Source: Vibrio vulnificus CMCP6
GTDB lineage: Bacteria; Pseudomonadota; Gammaproteobacteria; Enterobacterales; Vibrionaceae
Length of the DNA: 32,000 nt
Reading direction: 5' to 3'
Assembly: GCF_000039765.1 (NCBI RefSeq)
Contig: NC_004459.3
Coordinates: 1,740,001 to 1,772,000, forward strand
Below are positions 9,633 through 30,059 of the stretch, in pieces. Position numbers and translations under genes: made by a program. The notes beneath the pieces are model-generated. The model saw only the letters and a list, made by a program, of their open reading frames with translations, made no database searches and was not told the DNA's origin. Position 1 is the stretch's first letter, and each line of letters starts with the position of its first letter.

Positions 9633-12026
<2,394 letters not shown>

Positions 12027-12028
12027 TT

Positions 12029-12052
12029 AAGCGCCAAAGGGGATTGGCGCTT
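12029..12052 (-). terminator. Candidate terminator/attenuator between APC permease gene and ygjK-like gene
   Basis: Stem AAGCGCCAA - AGGGGA - TTGGCGCTT, with only a weak U tract on the - strand. Confidence 0.5.
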
Positions 12053-12064
12053 TTGTTATTTGCG

Positions 12065-13570
<1,506 letters not shown>

Positions 13571-13601
13571 TTAGAGTTGTTATGGGGGCGGGCAGGGTGA
13601 A

Positions 13602-13624
13602 GGGCAGAGCGGTTTTCTCTGCCC
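13602..13624 (-). terminator. Hairpin between the two APC permease genes (possible attenuator)
   Basis: Stem GGGCAGAG - CGGTTTT - CTCTGCCC in the intergenic gap; no strong U tract on the - strand. Confidence 0.35.
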
Positions 13625-13662
13625 AAGTTTTCGGTCATCAACCTAGACTGGTTGAGCGTCAT

Positions 13663-18839
<5,177 letters not shown>

Positions 18840-18858
18840 TTAGTAAAACTTTTACTAA
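18840..18858. promoter_or_regulatory. Candidate EbgR operator upstream of ebgA
   Basis: Perfect 19-nt palindrome TTAGTAAAA-C-TTTTACTAA, 81 nt upstream of the likely ebgA start. Confidence 0.65.
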
Positions 18859-18867
18859 ATAGAATTG

Positions 18868-18882
18868 GTGAAAACGTTTTAC
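18868..18882. promoter_or_regulatory. LacI/GalR-family operator-like site upstream of ebgA
   Basis: GTGAAAACGTTTTAC with a 10-bp palindromic core AAAACGTTTT and central CG. Confidence 0.5.
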
Positions 18883-19062
18883 TTTAACCTGATCACGAAT
18901 TCTAAGTGGGGAAGAGTGAAAGGTGTGATCCGAGTTAAAGAATAATGTTTAACCAGATTGAGCGGCTTTCGCGTGGCTGATGGGGGTGTTAGGTGAAGAG
19001 GAAAAACAGCAGTGAATGAGAAAGTATTTGAACTTTAGCTATTGAAAAATAGAGATAAAAAG

Positions 19063-19083
19063 AAAGCACGCTCAGCGTGCTTT
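19063..19083 (-). terminator. Rho-independent terminator downstream of the ebgR/SGNH-hydrolase transcript
   Basis: 9-bp stem AAAGCACGC-TCA-GCGTGCTTT; - strand continues CTTTTTATCTCT. Confidence 0.85.
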
Positions 19084-19105
19084 GGATAAAAATGGTGTCA
19101 CTGCT

Positions 19106-21015
<1,910 letters not shown>

Positions 21016-21171
21016 TCATCTGTTCTCTATTGTAATCAAGAGGCTGCGTGATGCATCCGTTTTTTTAGTAAAAATCGAGCCGTGAGTGTTTTTATGATAC
21101 TGGCACGCGAGGTGTGTGGTGGAATGTCTTTCACTAAATCTCAGTGTAAAAAGGATTGTTTATGAAAATTA

Positions 21172-21187
21172 GTGAAAACGTTTACAC
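21172..21187. promoter_or_regulatory. LacI/GalR-family operator-like site upstream of galE
   Basis: GTGAAAACGTTTACAC, a near-palindrome with central CG, about 96 nt upstream of the galE start. Confidence 0.65.
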
Positions 21188-21282
21188 TTTGCGAATTGGA
21201 TCACGGAACCCGATCCAACATGCTTGGTAAGCTTTTAAATAAGCAAGGCCATTGAGCAAATTTGAGATCAGGAGAGGCAAGG

Positions 21283-22302
21283 GTGAACGTTTTAGTGACA
21301 GGTGGCATGGGTTACATCGGTAGCCATACATGTGTGCAGATGATGGCAGCCGGTATGGAACCGATCATCGTCGACAACTTATGCAATGCGAAAGTGGACG
21401 TGTTAAGCCGTATTGAAGCGCTCACGGGTAAGCAACCGACCTTCTACCAAGGTGACATTCGTGACGAAGCCTTTTTAGACTCCGTGTTCGCCCAGCATGA
21501 TATTCAAGCGGTGATTCACTTTGCTGGCCTCAAAGCGGTTGGCGAATCGGTGGCAAAACCACTTGAGTACTACGACAACAACGTCAATGGTTCGTTGGTA
21601 TTGGCGCGCTGCATGCGCAAAGCCGGGGTGAAAAGCATTGTCTTCAGTTCATCGGCAACGGTTTACGGTGACCCAGAAATCGTTCCGATTACGGAAGATT
21701 CACCAACAGGCGCCACCACCAACCCATACGGACGCAGTAAATACATGGTGGAGCAGTGTCTAAGCGATTTGTTCCACGCAGAAAATGACTGGAGCATCAC
21801 CTTATTGCGTTACTTCAACCCGGTTGGTGCGCACCCATCAGGCAGCATGGGGGAAGACCCACAAGGCATTCCCAATAACCTGATGCCGTTTATCGCCCAA
21901 GTGGCCGTTGGTCGCCGTGAAAAACTCTCGGTATTTGGCAACGACTATCCAACCCCTGACGGCACCGGCGTGCGCGATTACATCCATGTGATGGATCTGG
22001 CCGATGGCCACATCGCCGCATTGAAATCGGTGGGGAAAACCTCGGGTTTGCACATTTACAACTTAGGCACAGGCAAAGGCTCGAGCGTGCTTGAGATGGT
22101 GGAGGCGTTCGCGGCCGCATGCGGTAAACCGGTACCGTACGAGTTATGTCCACGTCGCCCAGGGGACATTGCCGAATGCTGGGCAAGCACAGAAAAAGCC
22201 GAGCGTGAACTTGGCTGGAAGGCAACACGCTCGGTGGCGGAAATGACCGCCGATACGTGGAACTGGCAGTCAAACAACCCTAATGGCTATTCCCCTGCGT
22301 AA
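21283..22302 (+). CDS. galE: UDP-glucose 4-epimerase
   Basis: Start GTG 21283 behind GGAGAGGCAA; MNVLVTGGMGYIGSHTCVQM, SSSATVYG, NPYGRSKYMVEQ, YFNPVGAHPSG, GDYPTPDGTGVRDYIHVMDLADGH. Track ORF starts at 21262. Confidence 0.97.
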   Translation: MNVLVTGGMGYIGSHTCVQMMAAGMEPIIVDNLCNAKVDVLSRIEALTGKQPTFYQGDIRDEAFLDSVFAQHDIQAVIHFAGLKAVGESVAKPLEYYDNNVNGSLVLARCMRKAGVKSIVFSSSATVYGDPEIVPITEDSPTGATTNPYGRSKYMVEQCLSDLFHAENDWSITLLRYFNPVGAHPSGSMGEDPQGIPNNLMPFIAQVAVGRREKLSVFGNDYPTPDGTGVRDYIHVMDLADGHIAALKSVGKTSGLHIYNLGTGKGSSVLEMVEAFAAACGKPVPYELCPRRPGDIAECWASTEKAERELGWKATRSVAEMTADTWNWQSNNPNGYSPA

Positions 22303-22385
22303 TGACAGCCACCGCGTTGTCATCTGCGCTTCTCACAGTGTTGGGAAGCTGAGTTTGAAGAATTTTGAAGAGTTGAGTAAGTTCT

Positions 22386-23453
22386 ATGTCGAATGTTGAG
22401 TTTAACCCTGTGGATCATCCACACCGTCGTTTTAATCCACTCACGGGGCAGTGGGTTTTGGTTTCCCCTCATCGTGCAAAACGCCCTTGGAGCGGTGCCG
22501 ATGAAAAACCGGCCATTGATGAACTGCCAAGTTATGATGAGAAGTGTTTCTTGTGTCCGACCAACGAACGCGTCTCTGGCGATGTCAATCCAGATTACCA
22601 AGGCACCTACGTGTTTAAGAACGATTTTGCTGCCTTGATGGTGGACTCACCGGATGCGCCAGAGTCAGATAATCCGCTCTTCAAAACCCAAGGCGTGCGT
22701 GGTTTGAGCCGAGTCATTTGCTTCTCGCCAGATCACAGCAAAACCTTACCTGAGCTACCAGTGGAAAAAATCCGCGGCGTGATTGAGACCTGGAACGAAC
22801 AAATTGAAGAGCTCGGCAAGGAATACATTTGGGTTCAAGCGTTCGAAAACAAAGGCGAAACCATGGGCTGTTCTCAGCCGCATCCACACGGTCAAATCTG
22901 GGCGAACAGCTTCTTACCCAATGAGATTGAGCGCAAAGAGCACAACCTAAAAGCGTATTACCAAGAACACGGCAGCAACTTGCTGGTGGATTACGTGCAA
23001 GCAGAACTCAAAGATGGCTCACGCACCGTGGTGGAAACCGAACACTGGTTGGCCGTCGTGCCTTACTGGGCTGCGTGGCCATTTGAAACCATGTTGCTGC
23101 CGAAAACGCACATTCGCCGTATGAGTGAACTTAGCGATGAGCAACGAGACGATTTAGCGCGAGCGATCAAGAAGCTGACCAGCCGTTACGACAACTTATT
23201 CCAGTGCTCATTCCCATACTCAATGGGCTGGCACTACGCGCCGTTTTTTGACCAAGGCACCGACATCGATCATTGGCAGCTTCATGCACTTTTCTATCCG
23301 CCACTCCTGCGCAGTGCGACGATTCGCAAGTTTATGGTCGGTTACGAAATGCTGGCAGAAAGCCAACGCGATCTCACCGCAGAGCAAGCCGCGCAGCGTC
23401 TGCGTGATGTGAGTGATGTCCATTACAAAGAATGCTATCCCCTTCCTACTTGA
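22386..23453 (+). CDS. galT: Galactose-1-phosphate uridylyltransferase
   Basis: 355 aa; [45 protein letters not shown] (HxH motif), [25 protein letters not shown]-like block. Confidence 0.97.
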   Translation: MSNVEFNPVDHPHRRFNPLTGQWVLVSPHRAKRPWSGADEKPAIDELPSYDEKCFLCPTNERVSGDVNPDYQGTYVFKNDFAALMVDSPDAPESDNPLFKTQGVRGLSRVICFSPDHSKTLPELPVEKIRGVIETWNEQIEELGKEYIWVQAFENKGETMGCSQPHPHGQIWANSFLPNEIERKEHNLKAYYQEHGSNLLVDYVQAELKDGSRTVVETEHWLAVVPYWAAWPFETMLLPKTHIRRMSELSDEQRDDLARAIKKLTSRYDNLFQCSFPYSMGWHYAPFFDQGTDIDHWQLHALFYPPLLRSATIRKFMVGYEMLAESQRDLTAEQAAQRLRDVSDVHYKECYPLPT

Positions 23454-23563
23454 AGCTGCAGCGGTGTTGGCTGCATTCGTTCACCCCAATCACATAGCAT
23501 ATCTATGCTCATGGGGATTCACTCATTTGCCGCCTACCTGCAACTTCAAGTTGTTTGGGTATA
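23436..23563. repeat. ERIC-like intergenic repeat (IRU), about 128 bp, between galT and galK
   Basis: Inverted termini TATCCCCTTCCTACTTGAAGCTGCAG ... CTGCAACTTCAAGTTGTTTGGGTATA. Central palindromic block CACCCCAATCACATAGCATATCTATGCTCATGGGGATTCACTC contains close matches to the published ERIC core (GGGGATTCAC; GGGGTGAGCG seen as GGGGTGAACG on -). Confidence 0.88.
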
Positions 23564-23593
23564 AGTTTTTAAATTGAACTGATTACGAATAAC

Positions 23594-23641
23594 GGGATAG
23601 CGCGATTTTACAGATAGAAGTTAGGCTCAACGCGCTATCCC
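23594..23641. repeat. Perfect 11-bp inverted repeat upstream of galK
   Basis: GGGATAGCGCG - 26 nt - CGCGCTATCCC, ending 32 nt before the galK ATG. Confidence 0.85.
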
Positions 23642-23673
23642 ACATCAAATTACTATTTTAAGAGAACGTCCCT

Positions 23674-24834
23674 ATGTCTGAACTTATCCAAAATGTGAAA
23701 ACCTCTTTTGAACAAGTGCTGGGTTACGCGCCAAGCCACATCATTCAAGCGCCTGGTCGTGTGAACCTGATTGGTGAGCACACCGACTACAACGATGGTT
23801 TTGTGTTGCCATGTGCCATTAACTACCAAACCGTGGTGGCAGCAGCAAAGCGTGAAGACAATATCGTGCGTGTGGTTTCAGTCGATTACGGCAACGCAGT
23901 GGACGAGTTCGATATCACGCAAGCCATTACTTTCCAGCAAGACAAAATGTGGGCGAACTACATTCGCGGTGTGGTCAAGTGCCTTCTTGCACGCGGTTAC
24001 TCGTTCACAGGAGCGGATATTTCAGTCAGCGGCAACGTGCCTCAAGGTGCGGGTTTGAGCTCATCGGCGGCGTTGGAAGTGGTGATTGGCCAGACGTTCA
24101 AAGTGCTGTTCAATCTTGAGATAAGCCAAGCGGAAATCGCCTTAAACGGTCAGCAAGCTGAGAACGAATTCGTTGGTTGTAACTGCGGCATCATGGACCA
24201 AATGATTTCAGCGGAAGGGCGTGAAAATCACGCGATGTTATTGGATTGCCGTAGCTTAGAAACGGAATCGGTTTCGATGCCAGAAGAGATGGCCGTCGTG
24301 ATCATCAACTCGAATAAAAAACGTGGTTTGGTCGACAGTGAATACAACACTCGCCGTCAGCAATGTGAAGAAGCGGCGCGCATTTTCGGTGTGAAAGCGC
24401 TGCGCGATGTGACGATTGAGCAGTTCAATGAGAAAGTTGCTGAGCTCGATGAAATGGTGGCAAAACGTGCCCGTCACGTCATCACAGAAAACGATCGTAC
24501 TGTGGAAGCGGCGCAAGCGCTGCGAGCGCACGACATGAAGCGTATGGGCGAGCTGATGGCCGAGTCTCATGCCTCAATGCGCGATGATTTCGAAATCACG
24601 GTAAAAGAGATCGATACGCTGGTGGAGATCGTCAAAGAGGTGATTGGCGACCAAGGCGGTGTGCGCATGACTGGCGGTGGCTTTGGTGGCTGTATCGTGG
24701 CACTTGTACCACCAGCGCTGGTTGATGACGTGAAAGCCACCGTTGCAGCGAAATACCAAGCGGCAACAGGCTTAAAAGAATCCATTTACGTGTGCCAAGC
24801 CAAAGATGGCGCGGGTTTGGTTGAAGTGCTGTAG
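23674..24834 (+). CDS. galK: Galactokinase
   Basis: 386 aa; [59 protein letters not shown]. Confidence 0.97.
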   Translation: MSELIQNVKTSFEQVLGYAPSHIIQAPGRVNLIGEHTDYNDGFVLPCAINYQTVVAAAKREDNIVRVVSVDYGNAVDEFDITQAITFQQDKMWANYIRGVVKCLLARGYSFTGADISVSGNVPQGAGLSSSAALEVVIGQTFKVLFNLEISQAEIALNGQQAENEFVGCNCGIMDQMISAEGRENHAMLLDCRSLETESVSMPEEMAVVIINSNKKRGLVDSEYNTRRQQCEEAARIFGVKALRDVTIEQFNEKVAELDEMVAKRARHVITENDRTVEAAQALRAHDMKRMGELMAESHASMRDDFEITVKEIDTLVEIVKEVIGDQGGVRMTGGGFGGCIVALVPPALVDDVKATVAAKYQAATGLKESIYVCQAKDGAGLVEVL

Positions 24835-24843
24835 GACGGCGGG

Positions 24844-25902
24844 ATGATTGCTCAATTGAACCAAACTATGACTGAGCAGGCAGCCTTTGATGGCCAGCCT
24901 GCCCAATTAGTGGAACTGTCAAATCGTGCGGGTATGTCTGTGACCTTAATGGACATTGGCGCGACTTGGCTAAGTTGCCAATTACCGTTGGCGAGCGGGG
25001 AGCGAAGAGAAGTTCTGTTAGGCGTGGGGACGATGCAGAACTTCGAGCGTCAGGCAAGTTACATGGGGGTAACCGTCGGGCGTTATGCAAATCGCATCGC
25101 CAATGGGCTTTTTTCGATTGATGATGTGGCGTACAAAGTTTCGGTAAACCAAGCGGGGAACTGTTTGCATGGTGGAGCGCAAGGTTTTGATAAACGACGT
25201 TGGCATATTGAATCGCAATCAAGTAGCGAAGTGACCTTTTCACTCGAATCTCCAAATGGCGATCAGGGGTTTCCCGGCCATCTTAGCGTTAACGTGCAGT
25301 ATCAGTTGACCGACGAGAATCAACTGACTATTCGTTACTGGGCAACAACCGATGCCGTGACGCCAGTGAATCTCACTAACCATGCGTATTTCAATCTAAT
25401 GGGGGCGGAATCGGGGCATGATTGCTTGCAGCATAAGTTGGTATTAAATGCCCCGTGCTATTTGCCGACCAATGACGTTGGCATTCCATTGGGTACGCTG
25501 CGAAGGGTTTCTGGCACCAGTTTTGATTTCAATACTGAAAAAGCCATTGGTGAAGTTTTGCTACAAGATGAGCAGCAACAATGTGCCAAAGGGTATGATC
25601 ACAGCTATTTGTTTGAACGAGAGCGCGATGTGTCTCTGCCCGTTGCGTGTGTGACCTCGCCTGATGAGTTGATTCGTTTGTCTGTTTGTACCAACAAACC
25701 CGCCATTCAGCTCTACACGGGTAATTGGCTGGCAGGCACACCAAACCGCAGTGGTAGTGAATATCGAGACTACGCAGGATTGGCGCTGGAGACCCAATTT
25801 TTGCCTGATTCGCCGAACCATCCGGATTGGCCACAACCCAGTTGCCTGCTTTATCCTGGAGAAGAGTATCGTTACTTTACCTCCTATCATTTTGATTTTT
25901 AG
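24844..25902 (+). CDS. galM: Aldose 1-epimerase (mutarotase)
   Basis: 352 aa; VTVGRYANRIANGLFSIDDVAYKV, NQAGNCLHGGAQGFDKRRWHIE, PVNLTNHAYFNLMG, GLALETQFLPDSPNHPDWPQ. Confidence 0.95.
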   Translation: MIAQLNQTMTEQAAFDGQPAQLVELSNRAGMSVTLMDIGATWLSCQLPLASGERREVLLGVGTMQNFERQASYMGVTVGRYANRIANGLFSIDDVAYKVSVNQAGNCLHGGAQGFDKRRWHIESQSSSEVTFSLESPNGDQGFPGHLSVNVQYQLTDENQLTIRYWATTDAVTPVNLTNHAYFNLMGAESGHDCLQHKLVLNAPCYLPTNDVGIPLGTLRRVSGTSFDFNTEKAIGEVLLQDEQQQCAKGYDHSYLFERERDVSLPVACVTSPDELIRLSVCTNKPAIQLYTGNWLAGTPNRSGSEYRDYAGLALETQFLPDSPNHPDWPQPSCLLYPGEEYRYFTSYHFDF

Positions 25903-25912
25903 TCGTTTAAAT

Positions 25913-25940
25913 AAAAGGCTCTGCATGTTGGAGCCTTTTT
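25913..25940 (+). terminator. Rho-independent terminator after galM
   Basis: Stem AAAAGGCTC - TGCATGTTG - GAGCCTTTT followed by T, starting 10 nt after the galM stop. Confidence 0.85.
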
Positions 25941-26124
25941 CATTCTTTCCTCAAAAACAATCAATGCTCTTGGTTGCATATTTTTTAGTGATCCAGTTAA
26001 CAAACTCAGTGTTGCCAGTGGCAAAGCGTTTCCCCTCTACCATTCTATAAAGAGCAATTATAAAAATAACAAATCTATCAGCCTTGAAAATCTGAGTCAG
26101 AATCTCTGTCGGGATGGGTACGTC

Positions 26125-27726
26125 ATGTTGAAGCTAAGAAATATGAAAGTCAGCTATAAGCTGGCAATGATTGTTGCTGTCGGAATTTTAGGATTCCTAC
26201 TCCTACTGTTTATCTCTGTTAATACTCTCAAAACGAACTTGATTGCTGAGCGTCACGCGCGGTTGAACGCCGTGATCCATACGGTGTTGTCACAAGTGGA
26301 ATCACTCAGCCAAACATACGCCAAATCAGAGGCGCAAAATCTGGCCAAGGCGTTGATCTCAGCCACGCGTTTTGATGAAAACAACTATCTATTTGTCATT
26401 GATGAAAATCGCAATACCGTGGTTCATCCGATCAAACCTGAGTTGGTTGGCCAGCAGATGGGCAATGGCAGCGATGGTCAGTTTTGGTTCACTATGGTGG
26501 ATTTAGGCCGAGCGGGGGGGACTGGCTCACTCACCTATCTGTGGCAAAACAGTCGCGGTCAACCTGCCGACAAACTCTCAGTGGTGCACGGTTTTGCTCC
26601 TTGGGGCTGGATCATTGGCTCTGGGATGCTATTGGACGATATCGAAGCGGCGGTGAATCAACAAATTTTGAAAATGGGCATGGCCACTCTTGCGATTGCC
26701 TTGGTCATGAGTGCGCTGGGGATGCTGATTAGCCGCGCGGTGATTGAGCCGTTAAACGCCATTCGCCAGAGTATGAAGCAAGTCGCGGCAGGAAATCTAA
26801 CCGCTCAAGTGGCGGTGTTGGGTAAAGATGAATTTGGCCGCTTGGCACAGGACATCAATCAAAGTATCGGCTCAGTCAGAGAGGCGCTGTTTGAATCGGT
26901 TCAATCTGCTTCCGAGGTGGCTGATGCCGCGGTGCGCATTGCATCATCAGCGGAAGAGACCAGCCAAGCGGTGTTGAGTCAGCGAGACCAGTTGAATCAG
27001 TTAGCCACGGCAATGAATGAGATGAGTGCGACGGTGGCTGATGTGGCCGGCCACGCCGAGGACACCGCCAGAGATACGCTGGATGCGACCAAGGAAGCCA
27101 ACTTGGGCGATAAAGACGTGCATTCCAGCGTGGACAGCATTAAGTCTCTGTCTGTTGAACTCGAAGTGGCCAATGATCAGGTCGCCAAGCTCAAAGAAGG
27201 GGTGATGCAGATCAGCGAATTCACCAATGTGATCAGCAGTATCTCAGAGCAGACCAATTTGCTTGCGCTCAATGCCGCGATAGAAGCCGCAAGGGCAGGA
27301 GAGCAAGGGCGTGGTTTTGCGGTGGTGGCTGATGAAGTGCGAAATCTGGCTGGGCGCACTCATCAATCGACCGATGAAATACAAACCACCATCAATAAAC
27401 TGCAGCAGTTAGCCGTCTCTGCAGTGGAGGCGATGGAGAAAAGCCAATCACTGGCACAAAGCAGTGTCGCTCGAGCGGAACACGCGGGAGAAGATTTGCA
27501 ATTGATCGTTGATCACATTCGTCACGTGAGCGATAAAGCAACGCAGATCGCCACTGCAGCGGAAGAACAAAGTGCGGTGGCAGAGGAGATGAATCGCAAC
27601 GTCAGTGGTATCAATGACGCGGCGATGGAGATGTCGCAAGCGGCCAACTTCTTAGCTGAAGAGAGTGAAACCTTGGCCGATTTGTCGCGCCAGCTTGATC
27701 AGAAGATGACGCGATTTAAGCTTTGA
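26125..27726 (+). CDS. Methyl-accepting chemotaxis protein with single Cache (sCache_2-like) sensor domain and HAMP
   Basis: 533 aa; TM1 plus periplasmic [31 protein letters not shown] (Cache-like), [26 protein letters not shown], signalling hairpin [44 protein letters not shown]. Confidence 0.93.
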   Translation: MLKLRNMKVSYKLAMIVAVGILGFLLLLFISVNTLKTNLIAERHARLNAVIHTVLSQVESLSQTYAKSEAQNLAKALISATRFDENNYLFVIDENRNTVVHPIKPELVGQQMGNGSDGQFWFTMVDLGRAGGTGSLTYLWQNSRGQPADKLSVVHGFAPWGWIIGSGMLLDDIEAAVNQQILKMGMATLAIALVMSALGMLISRAVIEPLNAIRQSMKQVAAGNLTAQVAVLGKDEFGRLAQDINQSIGSVREALFESVQSASEVADAAVRIASSAEETSQAVLSQRDQLNQLATAMNEMSATVADVAGHAEDTARDTLDATKEANLGDKDVHSSVDSIKSLSVELEVANDQVAKLKEGVMQISEFTNVISSISEQTNLLALNAAIEAARAGEQGRGFAVVADEVRNLAGRTHQSTDEIQTTINKLQQLAVSAVEAMEKSQSLAQSSVARAEHAGEDLQLIVDHIRHVSDKATQIATAAEEQSAVAEEMNRNVSGINDAAMEMSQAANFLAEESETLADLSRQLDQKMTRFKL

Positions 27727-27739
27727 TGAGGCAAAGACT

Positions 27740-28741
27740 CTAAGAGAGCTTGGCCACAGAATCTCTTCTTACCAAAGTGGGTGAGAAGATCATGGTGCTG
27801 TGGTCGGCTTCTTGCTGGCGAGCCAAATCGATCGCCAGTCTCGCGGCTTTCTCTGCCATCATCTGTATTGGATAGCGCACGGTGGTGAGGCGAGGGCTGA
27901 CATAGCGAGCAATCAAGCCATCATCGAATCCTATCATTGACACTTGCTCTGGCACCTTTAAGCCATTTTCATCCAATACCGATAGCGCACCCGCCGCCAT
28001 GTAGTCGTTGTAAGCGACCACGCCGGTGATCGGCAGAGATTTTGTCAGCAGGTTAGTCATTGCCGTTTCCCCACCATCACTATTGGGCTCGCCTTGTTCG
28101 ATGTACGCACTGGAGAGCTCGATGTGATTGTCTCTTAATGCGGCGAGATACCCAGCGATGCGCGCGTCGGCGTCTTCAATTTTGTGGCTCGATGAAATGC
28201 AGGCAATGTGTTGGTGGCCATGGCGAATCAAATACTCTGTAGCCAAATAGGCCCCTTTGTAGTTATCGAGGGAAATGCAGCGTTGCGCGATTTTTGGAAT
28301 ATGACGATTGATGATCACTAAGCTTGGCACTTCTTGCGCGTATGACAGCAACTCTTCATCGCTCAAGCCTTTCGAATGAATCACCAGTGCATCGCAACGG
28401 CTATTGATCAGCAGTTCAATGGCTCTGCGCTCTTCCTCGGCATTGTGATAGCCATTGCCAATCAGTAGATGCTTGCCATTTTCATGGGCCACTTCATCGA
28501 CGGCTTTAATCAGCGTGCCGAAGAAGGGATCCGATACATCACCAACCAATACGCCCATGGTGTTGGTGCTTTGACTCACCAACGCTTTGGCGGCGGCGTT
28601 GGGGCGGTAGCCCAGTTTGGCCATTGCTTGAGTGACGGATTCAATCGACGCTTTACTGGCTTTGGGCGATTTATTAATCACTCGTGAGACGGTGGCGATG
28701 GAAACGCCAGCCTCGCGAGCGACATCTTTAATTGTGGCCAT
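27740..28741 (-). CDS. LacI-family repressor, GalR/GalS-like
   Basis: 333 aa; MATIKDVAREAGVSIATVSRVINKSPKASKASIESVTQAMAKLGYRPNAAAKALVSQSTNTMGVLVGDVSDPFFG; GalR-like effector domain; located beside the gal cluster. Confidence 0.85.
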   Translation of the reverse strand: MATIKDVAREAGVSIATVSRVINKSPKASKASIESVTQAMAKLGYRPNAAAKALVSQSTNTMGVLVGDVSDPFFGTLIKAVDEVAHENGKHLLIGNGYHNAEEERRAIELLINSRCDALVIHSKGLSDEELLSYAQEVPSLVIINRHIPKIAQRCISLDNYKGAYLATEYLIRHGHQHIACISSSHKIEDADARIAGYLAALRDNHIELSSAYIEQGEPNSDGGETAMTNLLTKSLPITGVVAYNDYMAAGALSVLDENGLKVPEQVSMIGFDDGLIARYVSPRLTTVRYPIQMMAEKAARLAIDLARQQEADHSTMIFSPTLVRRDSVAKLS

Positions 28742-28863
28742 GTGTTACCTCATTTCTATGCTGCCCTCATTAAACCTCTGAACTGTAAATTAGGCAAATA
28801 ACTGCGAGTTTTCATTTTAAAAATGCGATCTTTACCACTTGTAATATCAGGCTCTAATGATAG

Positions 28864-29241
<378 letters not shown>

Positions 29242-29385
29242 ATTTTAAGCATAAGCATCAATATATATGTGTAGATTATGCTTTTGGTCTCATTATTCAA
29301 TACTGCTATTTGTTGGCTAAGGGAGAATAATTATAATTCTTGGCGCTGTTTTTTGTTTTAACAGTATGAAATACAAGGAATTATA

Positions 29386-30015
29386 ATGAATAAAATGTTG
29401 CCTATTCTGGCATTGGCTATGGGTACTGCGTTTCATGTAAACGCGACGGAAACAGAACAACCGCAATTAGGCCCAAAACAAGGTTGGTATCTCGGTCTTG
29501 ACGCAGTAAAAGCGGAAGTCAGTTTCAATGATGTTGGTAGCCAGTCTTATGACTTAGATGTTGGTGCAGCGTTTACCGTTGGTTACGATAAGAAATTTAC
29601 GAACAACTTCGTTACTGGTTTTGAATTTGAGTATGCGTACTTTGGTTCAAAGAAAATGGGTGAGACTCTGTCTAACTCAAACGTTGGTCAGGTCATGACG
29701 GATATCGAAGTGGCGTTTTCTGCTTTCGGATTCAATATGCGTCCTAAATACTATTTCGGTGATTCGAAATTCTATCTTGGCGGCTTATTGGGTTATGCAT
29801 CAACGAAGCAAGAATGGCTGAGAACCCGAGATAATTTCCAATCAGCGACGGACAAAGAAAGCAGCGGCAGTGGCTTTAACTACGGTGTCGAAGTGGGGTA
29901 TGAATTTGACTCAGGTTGGATGTTGCAAGGTGGTTACCGCGGCGTGGCAACGGATTTTGACGATGTAAACGTCGACATTAGTGCGCTTTATATTGGTGGT
30001 CGTTACAAGTTTTAA
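29386..30015 (+). CDS. Outer-membrane beta-barrel (OmpA-like/porin-type) protein
   Basis: 209 aa with Sec signal MNKMLPILALAMGTAFHVNA; GWYLGLDAVKAEVSFNDVG, alternating aromatic beta strands, C-terminal ALYIGGRYKF ending in Phe. Confidence 0.75.
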   Translation: MNKMLPILALAMGTAFHVNATETEQPQLGPKQGWYLGLDAVKAEVSFNDVGSQSYDLDVGAAFTVGYDKKFTNNFVTGFEFEYAYFGSKKMGETLSNSNVGQVMTDIEVAFSAFGFNMRPKYYFGDSKFYLGGLLGYASTKQEWLRTRDNFQSATDKESSGSGFNYGVEVGYEFDSGWMLQGGYRGVATDFDDVNVDISALYIGGRYKF

Positions 30016-30036
30016 TCGGCCTCATATGCCTATTTC

Positions 30037-30059
30037 AAAGGGAGCATCATGCTCCCTTT
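30037..30059. terminator. Bidirectional terminator between the convergent Omp-like and GGCT-like genes
   Basis: AAAGGGAGCAT-C-ATGCTCCCTTT followed by T on +; the stop codon of the - strand gene lies inside it. Confidence 0.8.

Noticed and set aside
21838-22273. - strand ORFs (71 and 127 aa) opposite galE
   Set aside because: Antisense shadows of galE; no recognisable protein family.
23436-23563. Possible small transposon/MITE or CRISPR-like repeat
   Set aside because: Only one copy, no spacer array and no obvious target-site-bounded mobile gene; sequence and length fit an ERIC-type element better.
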